Shown here one piece after another: positions 1 to 8,945 of a DNA stretch of 64,000 nucleotides. Where the stretch lies: positions 1 to 64,000 of the IMG/VR virus record IMGVR_UViG_3300032236_001304; one strand, 5' to 3'. The stretch comes from a virus. Positions within the stretch are counted from its first letter, which is position 1; each line of letters starts with the position of its first letter. Under the pieces are notes generated by a model, which worked only from the letters and a program-made list of their open reading frames with translations, had not been told where the DNA came from and made no database searches. The position numbers and the translations under genes were made by a program.

Positions 1-44
1 AAAACGATATGATTGAAGGTCCTTTTGATGATTTTGAATTATAA
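1..44 (+). CDS. 3' end of a gene truncated by the window edge
   Basis: Open frame ...NDMIEGPFDDFEL* ending TAA at 42-44. Confidence 0.4.
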   Translation, partial: NDMIEGPFDDFEL

Positions 45-57
45 ACATAAATAGGAT

Positions 58-195
58 ATGACAATACAAACTGCAATAAAACTAATCAATAAAATGATTA
101 AGATAAGTAAAGTCAATATACACGTTAACCTACCTAATAAGGAAAAACAAAACTTTACTATCCATATAAACGAATTGAAACCGTCTAACGAATAA
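58..195 (+). CDS. small hypothetical protein (45 aa)
   Basis: ATG58-TAA195, MTIQTAIKLINKMIKISKV...; below the ORF-track cutoff, on the same strand as all genes. Confidence 0.5.
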   Translation: MTIQTAIKLINKMIKISKVNIHVNLPNKEKQNFTIHINELKPSNE

Positions 196-510
196 CGGCG
201 TATCATTAAATAATTTCTAATAAAAGTGTTAATTATTAGACCGTATCAAATAACGGCTATAAGTGTATCATATATATAAATCCGTATATTGATATATAAA
301 GAGACAAAAATAAGGTAGTCCGTATAAGAATTAAACACTTTTACCCACTTTCCCCCACAATTCAACACACATAAGGGTTACAAAGAGAATAAAATAGATT
401 GAAAGCGTGTTAGAAAGCAGAATAGACCTTATCCATTCATTCAGTCGGACCGCAAAATTTTTTAGGGGATATTTTTACACACTTAGTTCACATAAAAAGA
501 TTCGATATAA

Positions 511-542
511 TTTGGCTGATAAATAATATTTTCGTATCTTTG
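511..542 (+). promoter_or_regulatory. Bacteroidota-type housekeeping-sigma promoter
   Basis: TTTG (511-514), 20-nt spacer, TATCTTTG (535-542); matches the -33/-7 consensus TTTG/TAnnTTTG. Confidence 0.75.
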
Positions 543-548
543 TATAGT

Positions 549-649
549 AAACGGGTTAGGACAGAATAATACAATATTCTCAAATGGTTGCTTAGTTACT
601 CCTTTTACAACTCCCTCAAATAGTGACCTCCTAACCCGTTTCTTTTTTT
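549..649 (+). ncRNA. candidate small RNA closed by a 13-bp terminal stem, with CU-rich anti-SD-like motifs
   Basis: AAACGGGTTAGGA (549-561) is the exact reverse complement of TCCTAACCCGTTT (629-641), followed by a T tract; begins right after the promoter. Confidence 0.5.
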
Positions 650-660
650 AAACTAATCGA

Positions 661-1020
661 ATGAATATAAAACAATTCAATAGAAATCACGCACTTAGAG
701 TAATGACATGGTGCAAAGTGAATGTGGGCGTGAATTACAGAAGGTCCTATTTGCCGGTCTTAGAATGGCATAGTAAAGGTGAAGACTGTGGCGATTATGA
801 TTTCGAAGATAATATAATTTCAGTTTATAAAAATCAGCATAATTCAGTAGTGGAAATTATTTCTACAATTATACATGAATGGTGTCACTATAAACAAAGC
901 ACAAAAAAATACTACGAATACGATGAAATTTTTGATTACCATGAAAATCCCTTTGAAATTCAAGCAAACGAATTGGCGGATAAATTGAAGTGGAAATGCA
1001 AAAAGGACCTGTTTCGTTAG
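661..1020 (+). CDS. HExxH zinc metallopeptidase-like protein
   Basis: IIHEWCH motif plus downstream NPFEIQA (probable third Zn ligand Glu). Confidence 0.65.
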   Translation: MNIKQFNRNHALRVMTWCKVNVGVNYRRSYLPVLEWHSKGEDCGDYDFEDNIISVYKNQHNSVVEIISTIIHEWCHYKQSTKKYYEYDEIFDYHENPFEIQANELADKLKWKCKKDLFR

Positions 1021-1093
1021 AAATTATCTAATTAGTCCCCGGTGTGAAATGAAAAATATCTAATAAAAACGAATATATTTAGATTTTTTCTAA
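1017..1093. promoter_or_regulatory. two TTAGA-N5-TCTAA palindromes (operator-like)
   Basis: TTAGAAATTATCTAA 1017-1031 and TTAGATTTTTTCTAA 1079-1093. Confidence 0.4.
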
Positions 1094-1110
1094 TATGATA
1101 GGGGAAAATG

Positions 1111-1224
1111 CATAAGTCGTTGATTTTCAATGATTTATGTAAGTAATTGAATGTCAATGAGTTATGCCGGTCCCCTTATATATGTTTTTTTATCATATGT
1201 AACTTGTTGATTATCTATAAAAAA
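1111..1224. repeat. tandem palindromes TAA-N4-TTGA-N3-TCAA-N4-TTA
   Basis: Full copies at 1113-1137 and 1140-1164, degenerate copy at 1200-1224; another full copy at 16579-16603. Confidence 0.7.
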
Positions 1225-1245
1225 CTTTTAAAAATAGTTTACTTA

Positions 1246-1279
1246 TTTGCCTTTTGTATTGATATTTTTAGTATCTTTA
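1246..1279 (+). promoter_or_regulatory. probable Bacteroidota-type promoter
   Basis: TTTG 1246-1249 and TATCTTTA 1272-1279 (22-nt spacer) upstream of the 1327 ORF. Confidence 0.45.
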
Positions 1280-1326
1280 TGTATTGAGTTGAGAGAGAGA
1301 CTCCTAATATTAAAAAAAATCTATAT

Positions 1327-1698
1327 ATGAATAACAAAATGACTAACCAATTTACCGACATCGCTTATAATACAGCTCGTAATGAGAGACCTGTATATAT
1401 TAATTTTTCAGCTACTAAATTAAGTTCGGCGGTTAAACCGAATACGATTGTAGAATTTACCGATTATATGGGTCGTAAGCATAAGGTAATATGTAGAAAC
1501 AAACCTGAAATGTTGAAAGCTATGCAGTTTTTTAGTATGTTGAAAAAAGAGTCCGCTTTTATTTCAATTGTATTAAATGATTATCCAATGTATCGTACTA
1601 ATAAAAAACACGCTACATTAGTTAAGCGTGAATTGAAGCAGTACTTGAAAATGAGTCCTAAGCAAATTGATAATATCCTTTTAATGAATTTGAAATAA
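1327..1698 (+). CDS. hypothetical protein
   Basis: 123-aa ORF with A-rich leader. Confidence 0.7.
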   Translation: MNNKMTNQFTDIAYNTARNERPVYINFSATKLSSAVKPNTIVEFTDYMGRKHKVICRNKPEMLKAMQFFSMLKKESAFISIVLNDYPMYRTNKKHATLVKRELKQYLKMSPKQIDNILLMNLK

Positions 1699-1794
1699 TT
1701 TGCCGGTCTAAATAAGGCCGGCTGAGCTGGGACCGTAAGGTTAGGGGCTCGGTAACTATCCCAATAAGGTTATTCAAAGTAACCGAAGCAAATT
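1697..1794 (+). ncRNA. candidate structured RNA (multi-stem, GNRA loop, possible pseudoknot)
   Basis: GC-rich intergenic island with complementary segments 1697-1703/1788-1794, 1702-1709/1715-1722, 1721-1727/1747-1753, acc-GTAA-ggt 1732-1741, 1728-1732/1759-1763, 1768-1773/1779-1784. Confidence 0.5.
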
Positions 1795-1821
1795 TCAAAA
1801 TAACAATAAAAATATTAATAT

Positions 1822-2205
1822 ATGAAAATTACAAATCAAACTAAGGTAACAAGAAAAGGTGCTAGTATTCAATCAACAATAGTAGGTAGAAACGCATTTC
1901 GTCGTAGTGAATCAATTGTAGTAAGTATTAAAAAAGAATGTGTATGTGCTACGTATGATGGCAAATTTACATTAGAGATTACCACTACTGAAAAACCGGG
2001 TAACGATATGGACTGGAATAAGAAAACAGGTCATTGGTCCGATTATCAAAAAAAGTTAATCGTTGAAGCTGGTGGTACTATTACTACTTGGGGACACGTA
2101 TACTTTAAGCGTATGTATAGCACGTATGGATTAGCCGCGGCACAATTTAATAGAATGATGAAGTTAGCGGTATTATTAACTAAAACACCAGAACATTTAA
2201 AATAA
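1822..2205 (+). CDS. hypothetical protein
   Basis: 127-aa ORF. Confidence 0.7.
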   Translation: MKITNQTKVTRKGASIQSTIVGRNAFRRSESIVVSIKKECVCATYDGKFTLEITTTEKPGNDMDWNKKTGHWSDYQKKLIVEAGGTITTWGHVYFKRMYSTYGLAAAQFNRMMKLAVLLTKTPEHLK

Positions 2206-2206
2206 T

Positions 2207-2314
2207 ATGATAACAATTTTTGAGGCATTAGTAATATCAGCCATTACAATTATTACCTACGCATTAGTATTAACAATCAAACAAATTAGAGATGAGAAAA
2301 AAGAGATCAGATAG
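2207..2314 (+). CDS. small single-pass membrane protein (35 aa)
   Basis: MITIFEALVISAITIITYALVLTIKQIRDEKKEIR*; fills the gap between neighbours; not in the ORF track. Confidence 0.6.
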   Translation: MITIFEALVISAITIITYALVLTIKQIRDEKKEIR

Positions 2315-2609
2315 AAATCATTTAATATACGAAATTATCAATGTAGAAAATGGTAAGCGTTATATAGGTGTTACGCAATGTATAGGTAGAGCGTTTAACT
2401 ATTCAGCATTACGCCGTTTCCAAAAACATATGAGCAGAGCTAAGCAAGAGAATAAAGACTGGGCTTTGTATAAAGATATGAAGAAGTGGGGTCCTGATGT
2501 TTATGATGTTTACGTCAAAGATGTAGTGAGAGGAAAGAAAGAAGCACATAAATTAGAGACCTTCTACTTACAAAATTTTAAATACGAATTAAATTCAACA
2601 CATAAATAA
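2292..2609 (+). CDS. GIY-YIG nuclease-domain protein
   Basis: LIYEIIN...RYIGVT, R..H, conserved Glu and LN at the C-terminus. Confidence 0.7.
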   Translation: MRKKRSDRNHLIYEIINVENGKRYIGVTQCIGRAFNYSALRRFQKHMSRAKQENKDWALYKDMKKWGPDVYDVYVKDVVRGKKEAHKLETFYLQNFKYELNSTHK

Positions 2610-2616
2610 TAAACAT

Positions 2617-2904
2617 ATGAGTAAAGAACTAACAAACGAACAGGAAGCAATGAGCCAATTATTTTCGGTATTATGTGCGGTAGTACAAAGTGATAGGACA
2701 CCAAAGGTAACAGCAGAAGCAGTTGTATCAACATTACAAAAATTATTTGAAGCAGAAGATGGTCCCTTTCAAGCTAATGATAATATGATGGGCATGACTA
2801 TGGCAATGGTAGATGCAATGAATGGCATAGTAAAGAAACGAAACAAACAAATACAAAGGATAGCGGAAGGCAATAGTATATTGGGTGACATAAACTGGAA
2901 CTAA
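2617..2904 (+). CDS. hypothetical protein
   Basis: 95-aa ORF. Confidence 0.7.
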   Translation: MSKELTNEQEAMSQLFSVLCAVVQSDRTPKVTAEAVVSTLQKLFEAEDGPFQANDNMMGMTMAMVDAMNGIVKKRNKQIQRIAEGNSILGDINWN

Positions 2905-2959
2905 TATAGCCGGTAACAAAAATAATTTCTTTAAACAATAAACAATAAATAATAAACAT

Positions 2960-3526
2960 ATGAGTAACGCATTAACAACAAACATGAAAACCTTAGTGAA
3001 TAACAATAAAGCTATCTATGATATAGTATATAATGGTATTAACCACAATCATAAAAAGCAAATTGCTGAATTCGTAGCTAGCGAAGTAAATACAATTAAG
3101 CAATTCATTAAAACTGACTTCGGATTTTGTGGTGAATTAAGTTTAGCTAAGAGAATGGCAATTGATGAATTACAAATCAAATTAGATAAGTATATGAATA
3201 AAATTAAAGTAGCACCTAAAAAGGTAGCGAAGAAAGTAAAGGCTAAGAAAGTAAAGCCGGTAGCAAAAAAGAAAACTACAAAGCAAACTATATTAGATAA
3301 GTACACAAAGCAATATAGTATAGTGACACAATACAGCGATAGCTTACTACAAGACGTATATAGTGTAGTATATAAAGGACAAACAATAAAAAGATTTGTT
3401 AACGAGAATTTAGCTAATAAATACATAGGACAAGAGGTCTTAGTGAAAGTAGGTGAGCATAACATAAGAACTGCAAAAAAGACAAAAGCGTTAAATGCTG
3501 AGTTAAGTGCAGAATTTGAAGGATAA
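2960..3526 (+). CDS. hypothetical protein with Lys/Ala/Val-rich basic linker
   Basis: KVAPKKVAKKVKAKKVKPVAKKK segment. Confidence 0.7.
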   Translation: MSNALTTNMKTLVNNNKAIYDIVYNGINHNHKKQIAEFVASEVNTIKQFIKTDFGFCGELSLAKRMAIDELQIKLDKYMNKIKVAPKKVAKKVKAKKVKPVAKKKTTKQTILDKYTKQYSIVTQYSDSLLQDVYSVVYKGQTIKRFVNENLANKYIGQEVLVKVGEHNIRTAKKTKALNAELSAEFEG

Positions 3527-3580
3527 TATTTTTTCTCTTTATAGGTTTTTTATTTTTTCTTTTTCATTTTTTTAGATTTG

Positions 3581-3609
3581 CCGGAGTGTTTCTACACTCC
3601 GGTTTTTTT
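3581..3609 (+). terminator. intrinsic terminator
   Basis: CCGGAGTGT-ttct-ACACTCCGG perfect 9-bp stem followed by T7. Confidence 0.9.
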
Positions 3610-3644
3610 ATGCCCTGAATTTTTTAGGCTCATTTTCACGCCTC

Positions 3645-3712
3645 CTCTACAACATAGAGCCAGCAAGGGTCCTACATAATATACAATGCTCTACAATTCA
3701 ATGCCAGCAAGG
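3645..3712. repeat. direct repeat CTCTACAA-N6-GCCAGCAAGG x2 (44-bp period)
   Basis: Copies at 3645-3668 and 3689-3712. Confidence 0.7.
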
Positions 3713-3866
3713 CTTTCAACGGGGTGGAGCTTCTCCATTTCATGTAATTAGACATATCAAAAAAAATTTATATATGTGCCTAGTACACATATATTGTGGG
3801 GTAAAAATTTTCACTCTAGGAAAGTTATATACTTATATGTGTTACACACAAACTAACTATGTTATA

Positions 3867-5150
3867 ATGAAGAAAATATATGTTTACATACCAATAGAGA
3901 ATGGACTACTCCATAGTTTTGATGAATTGGATTCTTTGAACATTACAAACGATAATAGAAAATTTAATTATCAATATGGGGGGTATGATGTAATAGTAAG
4001 AAATGAAAACTATTGGTGGGACCAAAGTATAGAATTAGAAACTGATGGGGTGCATATTATTAAATCTATGGTATTTGATAATGATAAGCATATTATACAT
4101 AACCTTATTAAAAAGGTAGAATATAACGATGAACTAAAGATAATCATCATAGGGGGTAATTTAGAACATTTTATTTTTTGTAGTAATAGTTTAAACGATG
4201 AAAAATATCTAATCCATAAAATTTCAGAAAGTAAAAATATTAAGCTATTACATAACATCCCGTTATTAGATATACCCAATACCCAGTTCTATCCTAAAAT
4301 ATTCATAAACGATTATATCAATATACAGAGATACGCCGCAGACCAAAAATTTATAGAGGCCTATTACTCACTCCGTCATATCTTTCCTAAAATAAAAAAA
4401 GAAAAAAGAATTGGAGTACATATAGGAGGAATCAATACTCCCATATCCGATAGAATAAGTTTAGTAAGGGGATTGATAGAGAAGGGTATGATAGATAACC
4501 CTAAGTTGTTTTACACTACACCTATACACCATCAATACGATACTCATTTAGAGGTATGTAATGAATTAGGTTATCCGTTTGAAAAGTATAAGAGGTTTGA
4601 TACTACGGACCAGGAAGCCCGTCATTCACTTTGTTATATACGAAAGGTTAATTATAGACCAGTTCGTTATCTAGCCCAAGCCACTATGTTATCTATGGAT
4701 TCGGATATAGAGTTGGTATATGAAACTAATATACAAGAAAATTCGGTATATCTATCTAAACTTACGGAGAAATCCTTAAAGATGTTCGCCCTCGGTAAAC
4801 CTTCGATGAATATAGACCCGTTTTATTATTGGATTACAAAAAAGTATGGGTTTGAAACTTATGATGAATTATATGGAGGAGAGTTATTAGACCATTTTGA
4901 TTTGTATAAGAATTTAGCTTATCACGACAATCTATCCGCTCCTCAAGAAATAATAGTTCATAAGACACCTATTGGTTGGATGGGTTTATTCGTTAAGAGA
5001 ATTGGTGAGTTATTAGATATGAGTGATACGGAGTGGAGGGAGTTAATGGATAGAATGGCAATAATATCTCAAAGGAATAGAGAAAGATTTGATTTACTTT
5101 ATTTTGAAGGTGGAGTGATAGATGAGTGTATAAAGTTAGGATGGATATAG
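3867..5150 (+). CDS. phage 'ET..TEK..KP' family protein, putative GT-B/GT10-like glycosyltransferase
   Basis: LVYETN...KLTEKSLK...GKP...GFETYDELYG; start moved to in-frame ATG3867, downstream of the ATACTTAT motif at 3829-3836. Confidence 0.55.
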   Translation: MKKIYVYIPIENGLLHSFDELDSLNITNDNRKFNYQYGGYDVIVRNENYWWDQSIELETDGVHIIKSMVFDNDKHIIHNLIKKVEYNDELKIIIIGGNLEHFIFCSNSLNDEKYLIHKISESKNIKLLHNIPLLDIPNTQFYPKIFINDYINIQRYAADQKFIEAYYSLRHIFPKIKKEKRIGVHIGGINTPISDRISLVRGLIEKGMIDNPKLFYTTPIHHQYDTHLEVCNELGYPFEKYKRFDTTDQEARHSLCYIRKVNYRPVRYLAQATMLSMDSDIELVYETNIQENSVYLSKLTEKSLKMFALGKPSMNIDPFYYWITKKYGFETYDELYGGELLDHFDLYKNLAYHDNLSAPQEIIVHKTPIGWMGLFVKRIGELLDMSDTEWRELMDRMAIISQRNRERFDLLYFEGGVIDECIKLGWI

Positions 5151-5198
5151 TGCCGTTATTTACCCAACCCCTTAATTTCCCTTATATTATTTTTTTAT

Positions 5199-5228
5199 TT
5201 CAGTTTATTATTGTATATTTGAGTATAA
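5199..5228 (+). promoter_or_regulatory. promoter with -7 box TATATTTG; near-duplicate of 8424-8453
   Basis: 28 of 30 nt identical to 8424-8453. Confidence 0.6.
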
Positions 5229-5240
5229 AACATTACTATT

Positions 5241-5975
5241 ATGAATACTATTGATTTCTCTCAACCCACAATCATTACAGCTAAACAATACGGTAAAACC
5301 ATTACAATCGAATTAGACCATAGTGACACTACTATTGACGAAGTGTTTGATGGTTTCTTAACGATACTGAATGGTTTAGGGTATTTACCTTCTACTATCA
5401 ATGATTACCTAAAAGATAAGGTAGTGGATATATATGATGATGAACATACCATTATTAAAAATGCTCTTTATACCGATGATGATAAGGATGAATGGTTTGA
5501 TGAAGAAGAGAAGTATTCCCGTATGGATATCATTGGTCAAAATGGTAATGAAGGTCTACATTATGATGAAGATGAAAATCCTTGGGGAGAAGATGAAGAA
5601 ACTTATTTAGCTACCGACGAGGATATTGAGGAGTGTGAGTATAACGAACTAAGCGAAGTGAGTGAGTTGAATGATAAGTTAGAATTACCGAAAGAGGAAT
5701 ATAAAGGTATCTATGTAGAGAAACCACATTTTGATTGGGATGATGAAGAATTGGATTGGCCCGTAGCTAATGATAAATTAAAAGCCGCCGTACAAAGATA
5801 TAGTGAAGAAGTAAAAAAGAGACATACACCAATTAGTGATTTCGATAGGGCAAATGGTTTTAATGGTAAATCTCTATTTGAACCATATAAAAAGAAACCA
5901 AATCAAAAAGTAACCGAAAAGAAAATGAATAAGAGTGTTGTAAAGAAAGGAAAGATAAAGGATTTAAAGAAATAA
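5241..5975 (+). CDS. acidic hypothetical protein
   Basis: 244 aa, D/E-rich centre with IIGQNGNEGLHY, basic tail. Confidence 0.7.
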   Translation: MNTIDFSQPTIITAKQYGKTITIELDHSDTTIDEVFDGFLTILNGLGYLPSTINDYLKDKVVDIYDDEHTIIKNALYTDDDKDEWFDEEEKYSRMDIIGQNGNEGLHYDEDENPWGEDEETYLATDEDIEECEYNELSEVSELNDKLELPKEEYKGIYVEKPHFDWDDEELDWPVANDKLKAAVQRYSEEVKKRHTPISDFDRANGFNGKSLFEPYKKKPNQKVTEKKMNKSVVKKGKIKDLKK

Positions 5976-6071
5976 TATATAGGGTTTACAAAATTTCGAA
6001 AAACGACTTAGACCCCACCCCATTTCCGCACCACCCCTCCCCTTAAATTATTTTAACCGATACTTATTGGT

Positions 6072-8411
6072 ATGGGTAGATTTGAAATTAAATTGGTTAA
6101 AAGATTAGACCCTCGTCCTAGAGTTAATATGTTTTTTACGGATGAGTTAGTAGAGTTATACGATACCTTATCATTTCAATCTGATAGTTACAATGTACGA
6201 AAATTTTTAGTTAGTAGAGAATACAATGGTAAATTAATTATACCCACCATACCTCCTGAAGTTTCTCCCTTAGTTATCTTTACTTATAATGGAAAAGGAA
6301 TACATGAGTGGTTAGTAGTAGAAGACTTAAATAAATTCAGTTCTATTACAATATTCATATTATCTACCGAAATGTATCCATTCACTTATGCTTCGAGTGA
6401 GGATGAAACTAAATATGAAAAGTGGTTTAAATCAAATAATATAAGAGTATTTTCATATTCACTACACAATAAAGATTTGTGGTATGATTATAGTTTATGG
6501 GAATTATCTTTTGATTGGCAATTAAAAACCTTAGTTAAGTTACATAAAGAGGATGAGGATAAAAAATTTAAATCAGCTAGTAAACGTATTGGTATTCACA
6601 TACATAGAAGAAATACTACACGAGATACAATTGTAAAAGGATGTATTTATCATAATGGTATAGATGATACATTACTAATAACTTTAAAAAATATTGGTGA
6701 ATTAGATATTACAGAGGATGATAGGTCTATAATAAATGAGTATTTAGATTTATATGATTTGCATACCGAAATGAAAATGCCGAAAAACATTGATAAATTT
6801 TATGAAGAATTATTTAGATTAACCCAATGTTCTCAATCAGAAATTGTAATGGAAACTTGGTTAGAAAATTGTGATCCATTATATGAAAAGTTTACAGAAA
6901 AAACTTTAAGATTATTAGTTGCCGGTAAACCCTTTATGTTTTCTGACCCGTATTCATATAGATTATGGAAAGATTATGGATTAGAAACTTACGATGAATT
7001 GTATGGTAAAGAATTAACTGATATATACAATACGTTCAGTTGTAGTGATAAAAAACTTAGACCCTATTTGTATGATTTAATTTATAGAATAAAACAATTA
7101 GCCGATTTACCTGAAGTAGAATGGAAATCTATATACACAAAAAGTTTAGAAAGGGCAGAACGTAATAGAATAAAACACAATACTATAATACCTATTTGGA
7201 AAAACATAGATAAATTAATAAATGATAGTCCACCCGTTAAACCAAATAAAAGAATATACACAACATATAATGAACAGGATAATATTTTTTCTACATCTTT
7301 ATTTGAACAAAATAAATATGAAGTAGTATACTTACAAAATTATTCAGTTAATGATGTAAATAACATATTAGATAGAGTTGATGATGGTGATATTTTTATT
7401 TTATTTGTAAATGAATTGTTTAATAAATTTAAAGGAAAAATAAATACTGCAAAAAATATAATTATAATAGCGGCAAATATGCAAGAGGTAATAGATTCAA
7501 ATGTTAAAAGAGATATTATTACTATGTATAATACAGAAAATTGTAAAGTTTATTTTTTAAATACTATTTTACAATCTTATTTTTCAGAATACGAATTATC
7601 ATTTCAATCCGGTGTTTCTACTTTTTCAAATTTATTTGGTGATATAAATTATATTGATAAAGATAGAACACAAAAATATAATTTTTTTAATCGTTCTATG
7701 AACATTAGAAGATTAAAAGTTTACGAGTTGTTAAAAAGAAATGGTTATGTTCCTGATACAGCCTATACATCGTTTGGTATGATATTATTATTATCAACGG
7801 CAAAAAGTGATATAAAATGTGCAAAAGATTATTTAGAATTAAGAAACGGAAATTTAGAGAAATATAAAGAATTGGGATTAGAAATAGATGTTGATTATAT
7901 TGATTCATTTGTAGATGAGTTTTCTTTATTAGACTACGATAGAGAATATATTAGAACTAACTTTAATGGTCCAGAATTAAGTCAATATCAATTTATAAAT
8001 AATTTAGCAAGTGAGTGTTATGCTGGATTTGCCATAGAAAGTAGTGAAGATACGTTTAGAAATCAACCAATTAAAGTTTCAGAAAAAACAATAAGATTTT
8101 GGTTTTATAGACAAATTTTCTTAACATTGCAAGAAAGAGGATTAACCTCAGAATTAAATAAAAATGGTATAGAAACATTTGAAGATGTATTTGGATTGAA
8201 TAAAAATTGGGATGAAACGGAAAACGAATTAGAAAGAATACATTTATTTGTAAAAGCAATATTATGGTTTAATTCATTATCATTAGATGAAATTAAAAAA
8301 ATATATAATACTCCACATATAAAATTAAGATTACAAAAAAATTATCAGTTTGTAGTTGGTGCATTTAATAAAGATAATCTATCATTGGAAATATTAAATA
8401 AAATAAGTTAA
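6072..8411 (+). CDS. double-domain 'TEK' family putative glycosyltransferase
   Basis: Two units: IVMET..FTEKTLR..GKPF..GLETYDELYG and AIES..VSEKTIR..GIETFEDVFG. Confidence 0.55.
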   Translation: MGRFEIKLVKRLDPRPRVNMFFTDELVELYDTLSFQSDSYNVRKFLVSREYNGKLIIPTIPPEVSPLVIFTYNGKGIHEWLVVEDLNKFSSITIFILSTEMYPFTYASSEDETKYEKWFKSNNIRVFSYSLHNKDLWYDYSLWELSFDWQLKTLVKLHKEDEDKKFKSASKRIGIHIHRRNTTRDTIVKGCIYHNGIDDTLLITLKNIGELDITEDDRSIINEYLDLYDLHTEMKMPKNIDKFYEELFRLTQCSQSEIVMETWLENCDPLYEKFTEKTLRLLVAGKPFMFSDPYSYRLWKDYGLETYDELYGKELTDIYNTFSCSDKKLRPYLYDLIYRIKQLADLPEVEWKSIYTKSLERAERNRIKHNTIIPIWKNIDKLINDSPPVKPNKRIYTTYNEQDNIFSTSLFEQNKYEVVYLQNYSVNDVNNILDRVDDGDIFILFVNELFNKFKGKINTAKNIIIIAANMQEVIDSNVKRDIITMYNTENCKVYFLNTILQSYFSEYELSFQSGVSTFSNLFGDINYIDKDRTQKYNFFNRSMNIRRLKVYELLKRNGYVPDTAYTSFGMILLLSTAKSDIKCAKDYLELRNGNLEKYKELGLEIDVDYIDSFVDEFSLLDYDREYIRTNFNGPELSQYQFINNLASECYAGFAIESSEDTFRNQPIKVSEKTIRFWFYRQIFLTLQERGLTSELNKNGIETFEDVFGLNKNWDETENELERIHLFVKAILWFNSLSLDEIKKIYNTPHIKLRLQKNYQFVVGAFNKDNLSLEILNKIS

Positions 8412-8414
8412 TAA

Positions 8415-8446
8415 TTTGGTTAGTTCAGTTTATTGTTGTATATTAG
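8415..8446 (+). promoter_or_regulatory. Bacteroidota-type promoter
   Basis: TTTG 8415-8418, 20-nt spacer, TATATTAG 8439-8446. Confidence 0.6.
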
Positions 8447-8461
8447 AGTATAAGATATAGT

Positions 8462-8716
8462 ATGGCACATTTAATACCCGGTTCACAACTTATACCCATT
8501 CCACCTAAACCCATCTTTGTAATGCGGTTACACAATTCTATGGATGATATGACCTATAATAGAACAAGAGAGGATATACATAAGTCCGAATTAGTAAAGG
8601 AATACCACGTCATTGTAATTAGAAGTGATAAAGATAAAGATGAGTTTGAGATGTATAATGCAGATAAGATAGAAAGACAAGATTGGAATAAAATAGTTAA
8701 TCAAATATTAAAATAA
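8462..8716 (+). CDS. hypothetical protein
   Basis: 84-aa ORF after promoter. Confidence 0.65.
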   Translation: MAHLIPGSQLIPIPPKPIFVMRLHNSMDDMTYNRTREDIHKSELVKEYHVIVIRSDKDKDEFEMYNADKIERQDWNKIVNQILK

Positions 8717-8717
8717 A

Positions 8718-8945
8718 ATGAGCGAACAAACACAACAACCACAAGAAGAAACACAAGTACAAGAACCACAATTAGAAATCCAACCAGTTAATTGGTATGA
8801 GTTTGATTGGGATAACAAAATTAAAACAATAGATGATATTAAAGTTATCTTTAAGAGTTTGAAAATGACAGTTAGTGATAAGGCAGAAGAATTTGATGTA
8901 TTAAAACAATATATCAAAGATGAAGTAGCTTACCAAACTAATTAG
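8718..8945 (+). CDS. hypothetical protein
   Basis: 75-aa ORF, closely spaced with the previous gene. Confidence 0.65.
   Translation: MSEQTQQPQEETQVQEPQLEIQPVNWYEFDWDNKIKTIDDIKVIFKSLKMTVSDKAEEFDVLKQYIKDEVAYQTN

Noticed and set aside
1111-1224. CRISPR array
   Set aside because: Repeats are degenerate and adjacent, with no regular unique spacers and no cas genes in the window.
1697-1794. Hammerhead or HDV ribozyme, or tRNA
   Set aside because: No CUGANGA/GAAA core, HDV topology could not be fitted, and no T-loop or cloverleaf; left unassigned.
2292-2609. Mobile homing endonuclease or intron
   Set aside because: Only a minimal GIY-YIG domain, with no DNA-binding extension and no interrupted host gene.
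752-3602. Recurrent GCCGG(T) in the first 3.6 kb
   Set aside because: Short motif, several copies lie in hairpins or codons, and enrichment cannot be established by eye.
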